Below are positions 36,911 to 45,936 of a DNA stretch of 64,000 bases, one piece after another. Position numbers and translations under genes: made by a program. The stretch's first letter is position 1, and each line of letters begins with the position of its first letter. The notes below the pieces were generated by a model. It worked only from the letters and a program-made list of their open reading frames with translations, had not been told where the DNA came from and searched no databases. The DNA is from an uncultured Lachnospiraceae bacterium (GTDB lineage Bacteria > Bacillota > Clostridia > Lachnospirales > Lachnospiraceae): contig CASWRE010000005.1 in the NCBI GenBank assembly GCA_949471785.1, forward strand, positions 13,342-77,341. Direction: 5' to 3'.

Positions 36911-39442
36911 ATGCAGCAGGTTGAATTTCAGGTCAGTGCAAAAACGGCGAGACTGATTGGGCGGGAAAACATAGCGGATGTGGACGGGGCGTTGATTGAA
37001 TTGATCAAGAATTCCTATGATGCGGATGCCACCTGCGTGTATGTTGATTTTTTCATGCCGTTTCCGGATGTTCCCGACAGGGCGGCCATGGGGGCCTTTT
37101 CGGATTATCTGTCAGAGGGGGAATTATCTTTTGTACGGGATTGCTATGAAGAGGAAAAGGGAGAGTGGAGGAAGAAAAGAGACCTGTCGGAAGAGGAACA
37201 GAACGAACTGCAGAGACTATTGTTTTCCCATAACAGGATCATTGTCGCAGACAACGGTTCCGGCATGAGTCTGGATATTGTGAAAGACGCATGGATGCAT
37301 ATCGGAACCAGCAATAAAGAATATAACAGCGTGTCTGACAAGGGGCGCATTAAAACAGGGGCGAAAGGAATCGGACGGTTTGCGCTGGATAAGCTGTCGG
37401 TTCACTCTGTTATGTATACGAAAGACAAGGAGGCCGGGGAGGTTTTGCGCTGGGCCATGGACTGGACTCAGTTTGAGAAAGCAAAACTGATCGGAGACGT
37501 GAAGGCAGAGCTGGATTTTTGCGGGACGGAATACAGGGAAATTGTAGGACAAATGCTGGGGAGAGAAAATCCTGTTTTATCGGAACACGACTGGTCTGCA
37601 GGAACCGTGATCGTGCTGACGCCCATCAGGGAGGCCTGGAGCGCAAGGCTTTTTAGAAAAGTAAATGCGAATCTGAAAAGTATCAATCCCATGGGGAGCG
37701 CTGACCGGTTTGAGGTGATTGTGAATAACCATTTTTATCCGGAATTTGATTACAGGACGGAAGTCGTATCTATAGACGAGGATGATTATGATTACAGGAT
37801 AAAGGCGGAATACGATGGGAAGGATTTCCTGAGTATCCGGCTGCTTCGGAACGAAGTCAATCTTTACAAAAGGCATATCACGGTGGAAAAATATGGAAAG
37901 ACTCAGAAAAGATCTGTGGAAGAATTCTGGGCGAGAGATAAATTTCAAAAAAAGGGCTATCAGAAGGAAGACTATGGGAATGAGATAGCCTTTCAAAGAA
38001 ATGTTCAGGAGCTTCTTCCGGGGGATGGGCCGGAGAAAATACAAAAAGTGGGACCGTTTACTGCGGAGCTGTATTTTTTGAGAAATGCGAATAATGAGCA
38101 TGCCATCATGAAAAAGGTGGCCGTCAGAAAGAGAAGAAATCTGCTAAACCAGTTTTCCGGTGTGAAACTATACCGGGATAATTTTAAAGTGCGCCCTTAT
38201 GGAGACGAGGGGGCGATGTACGACTGGTTGGGGATGAGCGAACGGGCGCAGAAAAGTTCCATATCTGTGGCAAACCAAAGAACTGCCTGGCGGGTACAGC
38301 CCTATCAGATGATCGGATTGGTAAAAATCGGGCGTGAGTCGAACCCGTATCTGGAGGACATGGCAAACCGGGAAGGAATTGCATTGACGGATACCTATTA
38401 TATCTTTGTCAATCTTTTGCAGGAATGTTTGAAAGAGTTTGAATATGACCGGCAGTATATTTACAGGGAATACGCAAAATGGATTGATTCGATAGAAAGT
38501 GAGATGGCAGATTACACGAAGAAGATACAGGGGGAGGCTGTCCGCAGGGCAGAAGGCTCTGGCGGGAGCGACGGGATCACGGATGACCCAGAATCGGCGG
38601 GAGACACAGGGAGCGGGACAAAGCGGGAAAGCAAGTTTACAGAGAAGGAAATGTATGATACCGTCTATGAAATGATGAGAGAATCGGAAAGAGAGCTGAA
38701 CAGCAAGCAGATCCAGCAGGTGTTGAGTTCTTCCGGCATTCTACTGAATACGTTTTTTCATGAGTTCAATGCGATGAATACTCAATTTCATGTGGAAGCC
38801 TCCCAGATACGGAGTAGGATCAATTACATTTTAAAAGGCAAGGAATACGAAGGGCTGGCCGCATATAATCCTTATAACCGTATTGACAGCCTGGAAAAGA
38901 ACGACATGGTGACGGCAGCATTTTTGGATGTGATCATGGACGGACTGAAGAAGGAAAATCTGAAGGTACAGGAAAATTCCCTGAAAGCAATGATTACGGA
39001 GATATTGTCCAAATGGAAGGTGCTTTTGGGAGAGAAGCATATTCAGGTTCAGTCGGTTTCGGAAGAGGGCACGGCGGCAGAAGACCGTATACCACTTGCC
39101 CTGGTGGATATGTATATCATACTAAATAATTTTATCCTGAATTCTGCCTGGTTTCTGGAACAGGAGCATAACAACAGGAGAGAGATTACTTTCCGGCTAA
39201 AAGAAAAAGACGACGGACTGTATTTGATAATGGAAAATAATGGGCCGGTTCTTGCGGAAAAATATCGAGATAACCCGGATAGGATATTTGAACTGGGAGA
39301 AACTTCTAAAGAAGGAAAAGGAACCGGCCTGGGCCTTTGGGTGGTGAAGGAAACCGTGGAGCGCAACGACGGGACGATTTCAGTGATGGAGAAGCAGGCA
39401 GGCTTTGGACTGGAAATTGTATGGAAGAAAGGGAGGCAGTGA
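36911..39442 (+). CDS. Two-GHKL protein: N-terminal MORC/Hsp90/MutL-like ATPase (HATPase_c_3-type) fused to a histidine-kinase core (DHp + HATPase_c)
   Basis: N-terminal boxes: ELIKNSYDA (N), VADNGSGM (G1), GAKGIGRFA (G2); a transducer-like GVKLYRDNFKVRPYGDEG..DWLG. C-terminal boxes: H-box-like LLNTFFHEFNAMN, N ILNNFILNS, G1 MENNGPV, G2 GKGTGLGLWVV. 843 aa. Confidence 0.75.
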   Translation: MQQVEFQVSAKTARLIGRENIADVDGALIELIKNSYDADATCVYVDFFMPFPDVPDRAAMGAFSDYLSEGELSFVRDCYEEEKGEWRKKRDLSEEEQNELQRLLFSHNRIIVADNGSGMSLDIVKDAWMHIGTSNKEYNSVSDKGRIKTGAKGIGRFALDKLSVHSVMYTKDKEAGEVLRWAMDWTQFEKAKLIGDVKAELDFCGTEYREIVGQMLGRENPVLSEHDWSAGTVIVLTPIREAWSARLFRKVNANLKSINPMGSADRFEVIVNNHFYPEFDYRTEVVSIDEDDYDYRIKAEYDGKDFLSIRLLRNEVNLYKRHITVEKYGKTQKRSVEEFWARDKFQKKGYQKEDYGNEIAFQRNVQELLPGDGPEKIQKVGPFTAELYFLRNANNEHAIMKKVAVRKRRNLLNQFSGVKLYRDNFKVRPYGDEGAMYDWLGMSERAQKSSISVANQRTAWRVQPYQMIGLVKIGRESNPYLEDMANREGIALTDTYYIFVNLLQECLKEFEYDRQYIYREYAKWIDSIESEMADYTKKIQGEAVRRAEGSGGSDGITDDPESAGDTGSGTKRESKFTEKEMYDTVYEMMRESERELNSKQIQQVLSSSGILLNTFFHEFNAMNTQFHVEASQIRSRINYILKGKEYEGLAAYNPYNRIDSLEKNDMVTAAFLDVIMDGLKKENLKVQENSLKAMITEILSKWKVLLGEKHIQVQSVSEEGTAAEDRIPLALVDMYIILNNFILNSAWFLEQEHNNRREITFRLKEKDDGLYLIMENNGPVLAEKYRDNPDRIFELGETSKEGKGTGLGLWVVKETVERNDGTISVMEKQAGFGLEIVWKKGRQ

Positions 39443-40089
39443 TGTATCGGATCGGTATCATTGACGACGCAAAAAGCGAACGTGATGACATACAGGTGTC
39501 TGTTTTGGACAATGTGGGCTGGAATGCGGAAGTTGAATTTAAAGAATATGAGCTGGAAGGAAGAACGCGGGAAGAAATCGTTGGCGAAATACGGCAGGAC
39601 GTGGAAGAGGGAATGATACATGCCTTGATCGTTGATTTTAAATTAGATACGACGGCAGATGTGATAGAGGGATGGGAGATTATCGAGTTTATGCATGAAG
39701 AAACGCCGGAATTTCCCGTCGTCATCATGACGAACGCACCGGACGAAAGCAAAAGATCGCAACATACGGACGCAGATAAAGTATATGCAAAAAAGGTATT
39801 TCTGAAACCGGATCTTGATATCACAAAAGAGCTTGTGAACAACATTATGTTGAATATGGAAAAATATACTTCCCGTAGAAAAGAGCTGGAGGAGAGATTA
39901 GAAATCTGTCTGAAAAGGCTGGACGAAAACGGGGCAAGTCAGGAGACGCTGGAAGAAGTCATTACGGTAGAAAACGAACTGAGCAGATACAAACAGATCT
40001 ATCAGACAACCGTGGATACGGCGTTGGACATGTCCGACTTAAAAGAAGCGTTTGAAGAACTGGACAAATATGAAAAACTGTTAGGGTGA
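39442..40089 (+). CDS. Receiver (REC) domain protein with a C-terminal coiled-coil extension
   Basis: The ATG overlaps the upstream stop (TGATG). IGIIDD, ALIVDFKLD (candidate phospho-acceptor Asp), VVIMTN, YAKK; then about 90 aa of helical, charged sequence. No DNA-binding output domain was recognised. Confidence 0.65.
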   Translation: MYRIGIIDDAKSERDDIQVSVLDNVGWNAEVEFKEYELEGRTREEIVGEIRQDVEEGMIHALIVDFKLDTTADVIEGWEIIEFMHEETPEFPVVIMTNAPDESKRSQHTDADKVYAKKVFLKPDLDITKELVNNIMLNMEKYTSRRKELEERLEICLKRLDENGASQETLEEVITVENELSRYKQIYQTTVDTALDMSDLKEAFEELDKYEKLLG

Positions 40090-40093
40090 GGTT

Positions 40094-40732
40094 ATGAAGT
40101 ACGCACAGTTTAAAGAGCATGAGATACGCCGGACGTGTACGAAGCAATTTGATACTCCGCAGAAATACAGGCCATATCTGCAAAAAGATTTCCAGGGCAG
40201 GTGCTGTTATTGTAATATGCCGGAGGATCTGGTGACTGTCCCGTATCATGTGGAGCATTTTATTCCGGAAAAAGCTTTTAAAGGGATCAGAGACGAGCTA
40301 AAGACAGATTATAACAATTTGATGTGGTCATGTCCGAAATGCAATTTATCAAAAGGGGAAAAGTATCAGGGGAATATACACGATGATTCTAAAATAGCGA
40401 ATGAGTATTTTTATAATCCGGTAGAAATGGATTATAATCGTATATTCTACCGTAATGAGTTGGGCGGTATTGATTCGGACGACCAGAAAGGCCGTGAAAT
40501 GATAAAGCTGTTAAAGCTATACCGCCCGGTACATAATCTTGCGTGGCTTCTGGAACGGATGGAGCGCTTATGTGCTCAGTTGGAGGAACGGCAAAAGACG
40601 GAAAAGAATTTAGGAAAACGGCAGTTACTGGAGTCTGCGGCAGGTAAAGTTGCAAGAGAATGTGTGAAAAAAGAAAAGCTGTTCCGAGCGGTTTACAGAG
40701 GAAAAAGAATATTTAAGAATTCTATATTTTAG
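40094..40732 (+). CDS. HNH endonuclease
   Basis: Starts 4 nt after the REC stop. CCYCN ... HVEHFIP ... NNLMWSCPKCNLSKG (a Cys4 zinc / H-N-N type HNH core). 212 aa. Confidence 0.8.
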   Translation: MKYAQFKEHEIRRTCTKQFDTPQKYRPYLQKDFQGRCCYCNMPEDLVTVPYHVEHFIPEKAFKGIRDELKTDYNNLMWSCPKCNLSKGEKYQGNIHDDSKIANEYFYNPVEMDYNRIFYRNELGGIDSDDQKGREMIKLLKLYRPVHNLAWLLERMERLCAQLEERQKTEKNLGKRQLLESAAGKVARECVKKEKLFRAVYRGKRIFKNSIF

Positions 40733-40856
40733 ACAAATCCTTATCTAGAGCGGGCGCTAATGACGGGAATCACGAGGGTCAGCAAGGAATCAATTTTTTC
40801 GGATTCCGGCGCGGAGAATCCGGAGAAACTGCAGGCAACGATTACTTGCAGGGTGT

Positions 40857-42026
40857 TTAGAAATACTGCAGATATTCCCGGATCTGGAATGCGGCCATAA
40901 GGGCAAAACGTTTCTGCATATCTTCCAGGGGCAGCCTGAATTCCTCTCGGAGTACCCGGATTCGGTAATTGACGGTGTTGCGATGGCAATACAGGGCCGC
41001 CGCAATCTGCCGGACACTGCCGCCGCACAGCAGGTACCAGTACAGTGTGTCCAGATAATTGCTGCCGTGTCCCTCGTCGTAGCGCAGGATAGGGCCCAGC
41101 TGTTCCTCCATATAGGATTCCAAAAGGGAGCGGTCGTCCATGGAGAGCAGCAGCCGGAAGAATCCCAATTCATCAAAGGTGTAAAACAGACGTTTTCTGG
41201 CCGCCGCCATGGCCGCGGCGGCTTTGGCATGGGCATAGCTTTTGGCAAGTCCGTCCAGCGCGGGGACACGGCTGCCCAGCCCTCCGTAAAAATGCAGTTC
41301 CGGAAAAGCCGTGGAGAGCTCGCCGGGCAGCCGGGCAAGCTCCCGTTTCAGAAAATCTTGAGGAAGACCGATGGATAAAATCAGGAACTGGCGGCCCGTA
41401 TGGCACAGGTATAGGCCAGAATGAAGATCTCTGAGAATACGCCTGAGAAAAAAGGACAATCGTGAGCTTTTTTCTCCTTCCGATGGATCGGTATATTCCA
41501 GGCAACAGATACAGTAGTCTGCGTATTCCGGATAGCCGTAGCCTGCCAGAAGCGACAGGCTCCGGGCGGCATCCGGGCCGTTGTGGATCAGCTCCAGCAG
41601 GGCGGCAGTTATAGCGTGTTCCGTCTGGGTGTCGGAAAAGATGCGGTCATAGTAATCATGGGTGATGTCAAAGATCAGCACCTCCCATGGCATGGTAAAT
41701 ACAGGGAAATGATTGCGGTCGCAAAGGCGTCGGATTTCCCCGGTGATATCCTCTTCCTGTAGATATTTTCCCACGTTGATGATCAGCCCGCAGGTATTCT
41801 GCCGGATTAGGCGTGAGATAAAATCGTACAACCATCCTTCCGATTGACTGCAGGCGAAACCGGTGGTCAGCACCAGCTCGCCGCTCTGCAGGAAACGGCA
41901 GGTGGCAATGTCTTCGGAAATATGCACCCAGGTCATGATCTGATCCAGGCCGGAGCCTCCGCAGATTAATTTCAGATGATATTTCTGTCGGGTTTCTTCG
42001 TAAATATGCTGCAGGCTGAGTGACAT
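40857..42026 (-). CDS. PucR family transcriptional regulator
   Basis: 389 aa. C-terminal PucR-type HTH (IAAALYCHRNTVNYRIRVLREEF). Divergent from the aminotransferase operon. Confidence 0.8.
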   Translation of the reverse strand: MSLSLQHIYEETRQKYHLKLICGGSGLDQIMTWVHISEDIATCRFLQSGELVLTTGFACSQSEGWLYDFISRLIRQNTCGLIINVGKYLQEEDITGEIRRLCDRNHFPVFTMPWEVLIFDITHDYYDRIFSDTQTEHAITAALLELIHNGPDAARSLSLLAGYGYPEYADYCICCLEYTDPSEGEKSSRLSFFLRRILRDLHSGLYLCHTGRQFLILSIGLPQDFLKRELARLPGELSTAFPELHFYGGLGSRVPALDGLAKSYAHAKAAAAMAAARKRLFYTFDELGFFRLLLSMDDRSLLESYMEEQLGPILRYDEGHGSNYLDTLYWYLLCGGSVRQIAAALYCHRNTVNYRIRVLREEFRLPLEDMQKRFALMAAFQIREYLQYF

Positions 42027-42411
42027 GGGCGGACCTCCTGGCGTATCATTCTGGTTTTATAATTGTTCGGTGCCTTCACGGTTATAAGGCAAAAACCTAT
42101 TGTTTTGCGCTCCCGGATCATGCATTTACGGTCTCGGCGGCAAGTGCCCCGACCTGTATTGGACAGATACAATTATACTATGCTTTGCCGAGAGAGCGCC
42201 AGTATATTTTTCGGAAGGAGGCTTCCGGGAGCGAACAGTAATGGGGGAGAAACCATACCCCGGTGAGGAATCTGATTTTGCCGTGGCAGTTTAATGGGGA
42301 TGTTTCTGCATATGAGATTGCATTTGTGCTGACAGCACAAACTCATGTCGGATAATTTGTGCCACCGCCCCATGGAAACCGGGAAAAAACCGTGGCATAC
42401 TGTAACAGGAA

Positions 42412-42454
42412 AGGACAAAGAAGTGCTTTTGGCACGGCTTTGTCCTCTTTTTTT
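42412..42454 (+). terminator. Terminator-like hairpin + U-run in the gabT leader (possible attenuator)
   Basis: aggacaaag..gtgc / gcac..ctttgtcct, followed by cttttttt, about 30 nt upstream of the gabT start. Confidence 0.55.
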
Positions 42455-42482
42455 GTGAATAGCGTGTGAGGAGGATGAAAAA

Positions 42483-43841
42483 ATGTTAAGAACGGATTTG
42501 CCGGAGATCGTAACGGAATCGCTGCCGGGGCCGAAAGCGGCCGGGGTGATCGCCCGCAGGGAGCAGGCGGTACCTGCGGCGATCGGATGCTCCTATCCCG
42601 TTGTAATCGAGAGGGGTGAAGGGGCCATGATTGAGGATGTGGACGGAAATAAATTTTTGGATTGGGTGGGCGGTGTCGGCGTGCTGAACATCGGCTATTC
42701 CCATCCCGAGATTGTGGCGGCCGTGAAAGCGCAGGCAGACCGGTATTTTCACGGCATGATCAATATTGTGACCCACGAAGGGTATGTGGCTCTGGCGGAG
42801 AAGCTGGCGCAGATCGCCCCGGTGAAGGGAGAGAAAAGAAAAGTGTTTTTTGCCAACAGCGGCGCGGAAGCAGATGAAAACGCAGTGAAAGTGGCCAAAG
42901 CATATACGAAGCGGCCGAATATCATTGTGTTTTCCGGGGCTTTTCATGGGCGGACATTTCTGACCATGACAATGACATCGAAAAAAGCATATGCCGAGGG
43001 GATGGGCCCTCTGGCGGGCGGTGTTTTCCGGGCGCAGTTCCCCTATTATTACCGAAAACCGGAGGGAATGCCGGAGGAGAAACTGTTGGATCATTATATG
43101 ACCTCCCTTACGGATGTGTTTGAGGAATGCGCGGCGCCGGATACCATAGCTGCCATTGTGGTGGAGCCGCTGCAGGGGGAGGGAGGATTCATCCCGGCTC
43201 CTATTGAGTGGATGCGGGCAGTGCGGAAGCTCTGCGACGCCCATGGCATTCTGCTGGTGGCCGATGAGGTGCAGAGTGGTTTCTGCCGGACGGGACGGAT
43301 GTTTGCCTCGGAATACTGGAAAGAGGCGGGGGTACAGCCGGACATCATCGCCACGGCCAAATCCATTGCGGCGGGCGTGCCTCTCTCGGCCATCATCGCC
43401 GGGGCGGAAATTATGGACGTACTGGCGGCGGGTACCGTCGGCGGCACTTACTGCGGCAATCCTTTGGCCTGTGCGGCGGCATTAAAGACGATTGAGATCA
43501 TGGAGCGGGAGCATCTGGCGGAGCGTTCCTGCGAGATCGGAAAGAAGGTCATGGCCCGTTATACGCAGATGCAGGAGCGTTATCCGGTCATCGGGGACGT
43601 CCGCGGCCTGGGCGGCATGGTGGGCATAGAATTTGTTAAGGATCGGAAGACAAAGGAACCGGCGGCGGAATTGACCGCGGCAATTATACAGAAATGCGCC
43701 CGGATGGGCCTTTTGGTGGAAGGCGCCGGTACTTACCACAATGTCATCCGTTTTCTGGCCCCGCTGGTGATGACCGACGGACAGCTGGAGGCGGGATTGG
43801 ATATATTTGAGAAAGCGGTGACGCAGGCTATGGCCGGATAA
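42483..43841 (+). CDS. gabT: 4-aminobutyrate aminotransferase-like class-III PLP aminotransferase
   Basis: 452 aa. ANSGAEADENAVKVAK, FSGAFHGRT, LVADEVQSGFCRTGRMFA, ATAKSIAAG (PLP Lys). Confidence 0.75.
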   Translation: MLRTDLPEIVTESLPGPKAAGVIARREQAVPAAIGCSYPVVIERGEGAMIEDVDGNKFLDWVGGVGVLNIGYSHPEIVAAVKAQADRYFHGMINIVTHEGYVALAEKLAQIAPVKGEKRKVFFANSGAEADENAVKVAKAYTKRPNIIVFSGAFHGRTFLTMTMTSKKAYAEGMGPLAGGVFRAQFPYYYRKPEGMPEEKLLDHYMTSLTDVFEECAAPDTIAAIVVEPLQGEGGFIPAPIEWMRAVRKLCDAHGILLVADEVQSGFCRTGRMFASEYWKEAGVQPDIIATAKSIAAGVPLSAIIAGAEIMDVLAAGTVGGTYCGNPLACAAALKTIEIMEREHLAERSCEIGKKVMARYTQMQERYPVIGDVRGLGGMVGIEFVKDRKTKEPAAELTAAIIQKCARMGLLVEGAGTYHNVIRFLAPLVMTDGQLEAGLDIFEKAVTQAMAG

Positions 43842-43922
43842 AGGGAAAGAATCGCGGATACAGCGGTAATTTTACAGACATACCGGTAACGGGAAATAGG
43901 GATATGACGGAGGAAAAACAAA

Positions 43923-45161
43923 ATGAGATTAAAGGACACGGGGCTTACCGCACAGGACATCAAGGACAAGGTAAATACATATATGATTGAGACCTACGAA
44001 CGTTTTGATTTTCTGGCGGAGACGGCGAAAGGGATGTACATATATGATGAGGACGGGACGCCCTATCTGGATTTCTACGCGGGCATTGCGGTTAATGCCG
44101 CGGGAAACTGCAATGACCGGGTGGTGGCGGCGGTGAAAGATCAGGTGGGAGATATTATGCATACGTTTAATTATCCCTACACGATCCCCCAGGCCCTGCT
44201 GGCGGAGAAAGTATGTACGATGCTGGGCATGGACAAAATCTTTTACCAGAATTCGGGCACGGAGGCCAATGAGGCCATGATTAAAATGGCGCGGAAATAC
44301 GGCGTGGAAAAATACGGCCCCGGCAGATACCATATCGTGACGGCGGCGCAGTCGTTCCACGGGCGCACCTTCGGTTCCATGAGCGCCACGGGACAGCCGG
44401 ACAACGGCTGTCAGATCGGGTTTGGCGATATGACGCCGGGTTTCAGCTACGCAAAATATAATGACCTGCAGGCTTTTAAGGACGCCTGTACGGAAAATAC
44501 TATCGCCATCATGGTAGAGCCGGTGCAGGGAGAGGGCGGCGTTCATCCTGCCAGCCGGGAATTTCTGCGGGGGCTGCGGGAGTTCTGCGATGAGAAGGGG
44601 ATGCTGCTTTTGCTGGATGAAGTGCAGACCGGCTGGTGCCGCACGGGGGCGGTGATGTCTTATATGAATTATGGGATCAAGCCGGATATCGTTTCCATGG
44701 CCAAGGCTCTCGGCGGCGGCATGCCCATAGGCGCCATCTGTGCTTCCGCCGAGGCGGCGGCGGCATTCACGGCCGGTTCCCACGGCAGCACCTTTGGGGG
44801 CCATCCGGTGAGCTGCGCTGCCGCGCTGGCGGAGATTGCGGAGATGGAAGAGCGGGATCTGGCAGGCAATGCAAAAGAAGTAGGCGCATATTTTATAGAG
44901 AAGCTGAAAACGCTGCCCCATGTGAAGGAGGCGCGCGGACAGGGCCTTCTGGTAGGTGTGGAGTTTGACGGGAGTGTAAACAGTGTGGCAGTGAAGCACG
45001 GCTGTCTGGACAGAAAGCTTCTGGTCACGGCCATCGGGGACAGCGTGATCCGCATGGTGCCGCCGCTGATCGTGACAAAAGAGGAATGCGACAGGGCTTA
45101 CGGGATTCTCCGGGATACGGTGGAGGAACTGGCGGGGGAGACAGCGATTAACCATGAATGA
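43923..45161 (+). CDS. Class-III aminotransferase (acetylornithine/ornithine aminotransferase-like)
   Basis: 412 aa. QNSGTEANEAMIKMARKYG, SFHGRTFGSMSATGQ, LLLDEVQTGWCRTG, SMAKALGGG. Confidence 0.8.
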   Translation: MRLKDTGLTAQDIKDKVNTYMIETYERFDFLAETAKGMYIYDEDGTPYLDFYAGIAVNAAGNCNDRVVAAVKDQVGDIMHTFNYPYTIPQALLAEKVCTMLGMDKIFYQNSGTEANEAMIKMARKYGVEKYGPGRYHIVTAAQSFHGRTFGSMSATGQPDNGCQIGFGDMTPGFSYAKYNDLQAFKDACTENTIAIMVEPVQGEGGVHPASREFLRGLREFCDEKGMLLLLDEVQTGWCRTGAVMSYMNYGIKPDIVSMAKALGGGMPIGAICASAEAAAAFTAGSHGSTFGGHPVSCAAALAEIAEMEERDLAGNAKEVGAYFIEKLKTLPHVKEARGQGLLVGVEFDGSVNSVAVKHGCLDRKLLVTAIGDSVIRMVPPLIVTKEECDRAYGILRDTVEELAGETAINHE

Positions 45162-45188
45162 GTGTAATCAGGAAAGGAGAGCGTGGGG

Positions 45189-45782
45189 ATGAAGCATTTT
45201 ATTGTTACCATCGGCTGTGAATATGGAAGCGGCGGGCCGGATATCGGAAAGAGGATTGCTGGTGAACTGGGGATTGAGTATTACGACCGGGATCTGGTGG
45301 ACCAGGTGGTGGAGCGCCTGGGCGTGGATCGGGATCTGGTGGAAAAGGCGGATGCCGGGGATAAGGTGAAGTATGAGTTTGAGACAAGGCTGGGGCCCCG
45401 GTACGCGAATCTGACGAACCGGGTCATCCACACTCAGTTTGAGGTTATCCGAAAATTCGCGGAAAAGTCCTCCTGCGTAATCATCGGCAGGTGCAGCGAT
45501 TATGTGCTGAAGGACAGGACGGACTGCCTGAATATCTTTATTTACTCCCCGGAGGAGATCCGGATACGCCATATTATGGAGCAGAAAGGCGTGTCGAAGA
45601 AAGAAGCGGCGGAGCTGGTGAAATATAACGACGATATGCTGCATATGCGCTACAAGTATACCACCGGTACATACCGGGGCGACCGGCATATGCGCCATAT
45701 GATGATCGACAGCAGCGTGCTGGGGCTGGAGAAAACGGCACAGTATATCCTGCAGCTCATTGACCTGCGGTTTGAGGATTAA
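45189..45782 (+). CDS. Cytidylate kinase-like family protein
   Basis: MKHFIVTIGCEYGSGGPDIGKRIAGELGIEYYDRDL is the typical N-terminus of this family. The ATG at 45189 follows AAAGGAGAG. Confidence 0.75.
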   Translation: MKHFIVTIGCEYGSGGPDIGKRIAGELGIEYYDRDLVDQVVERLGVDRDLVEKADAGDKVKYEFETRLGPRYANLTNRVIHTQFEVIRKFAEKSSCVIIGRCSDYVLKDRTDCLNIFIYSPEEIRIRHIMEQKGVSKKEAAELVKYNDDMLHMRYKYTTGTYRGDRHMRHMMIDSSVLGLEKTAQYILQLIDLRFED

Positions 45783-45936
45783 GAGCGGGTATCCCGGCCG
45801 CAGGCAGGTTAAAGGACAAGCGTAAACGCAATTATAGTAAGAATATGTTATTAAGATTAACAAGGGTGTTAATAAACGGGGGAGGAACTCCCGGGTATTG
45901 GCGCCGTTTTTTATGCCATAGAAAGGATGAGGGCAC

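Noticed and set aside
40733-40856. Hairpin cggattc/gaatccg between the HNH gene and the convergent PucR gene, considered as a bidirectional terminator and island border repeat.
   Set aside because: The T-run precedes rather than follows the stem on the plus strand, and an A-run follows it on the minus strand. It is therefore not a canonical intrinsic terminator in either direction. No matching repeat was found at the left island border (35271-35424).
42428-42446. Sigma-54-like TGGCAC-N5-TTGC element (ttggcacggctttgtcc) upstream of gabT.
   Set aside because: The -12 element reads TGTC, not TTGC. The sequence is fully explained as the loop and 3' arm of the terminator-like hairpin. The adjacent regulator is PucR-type, not an enhancer-binding protein.
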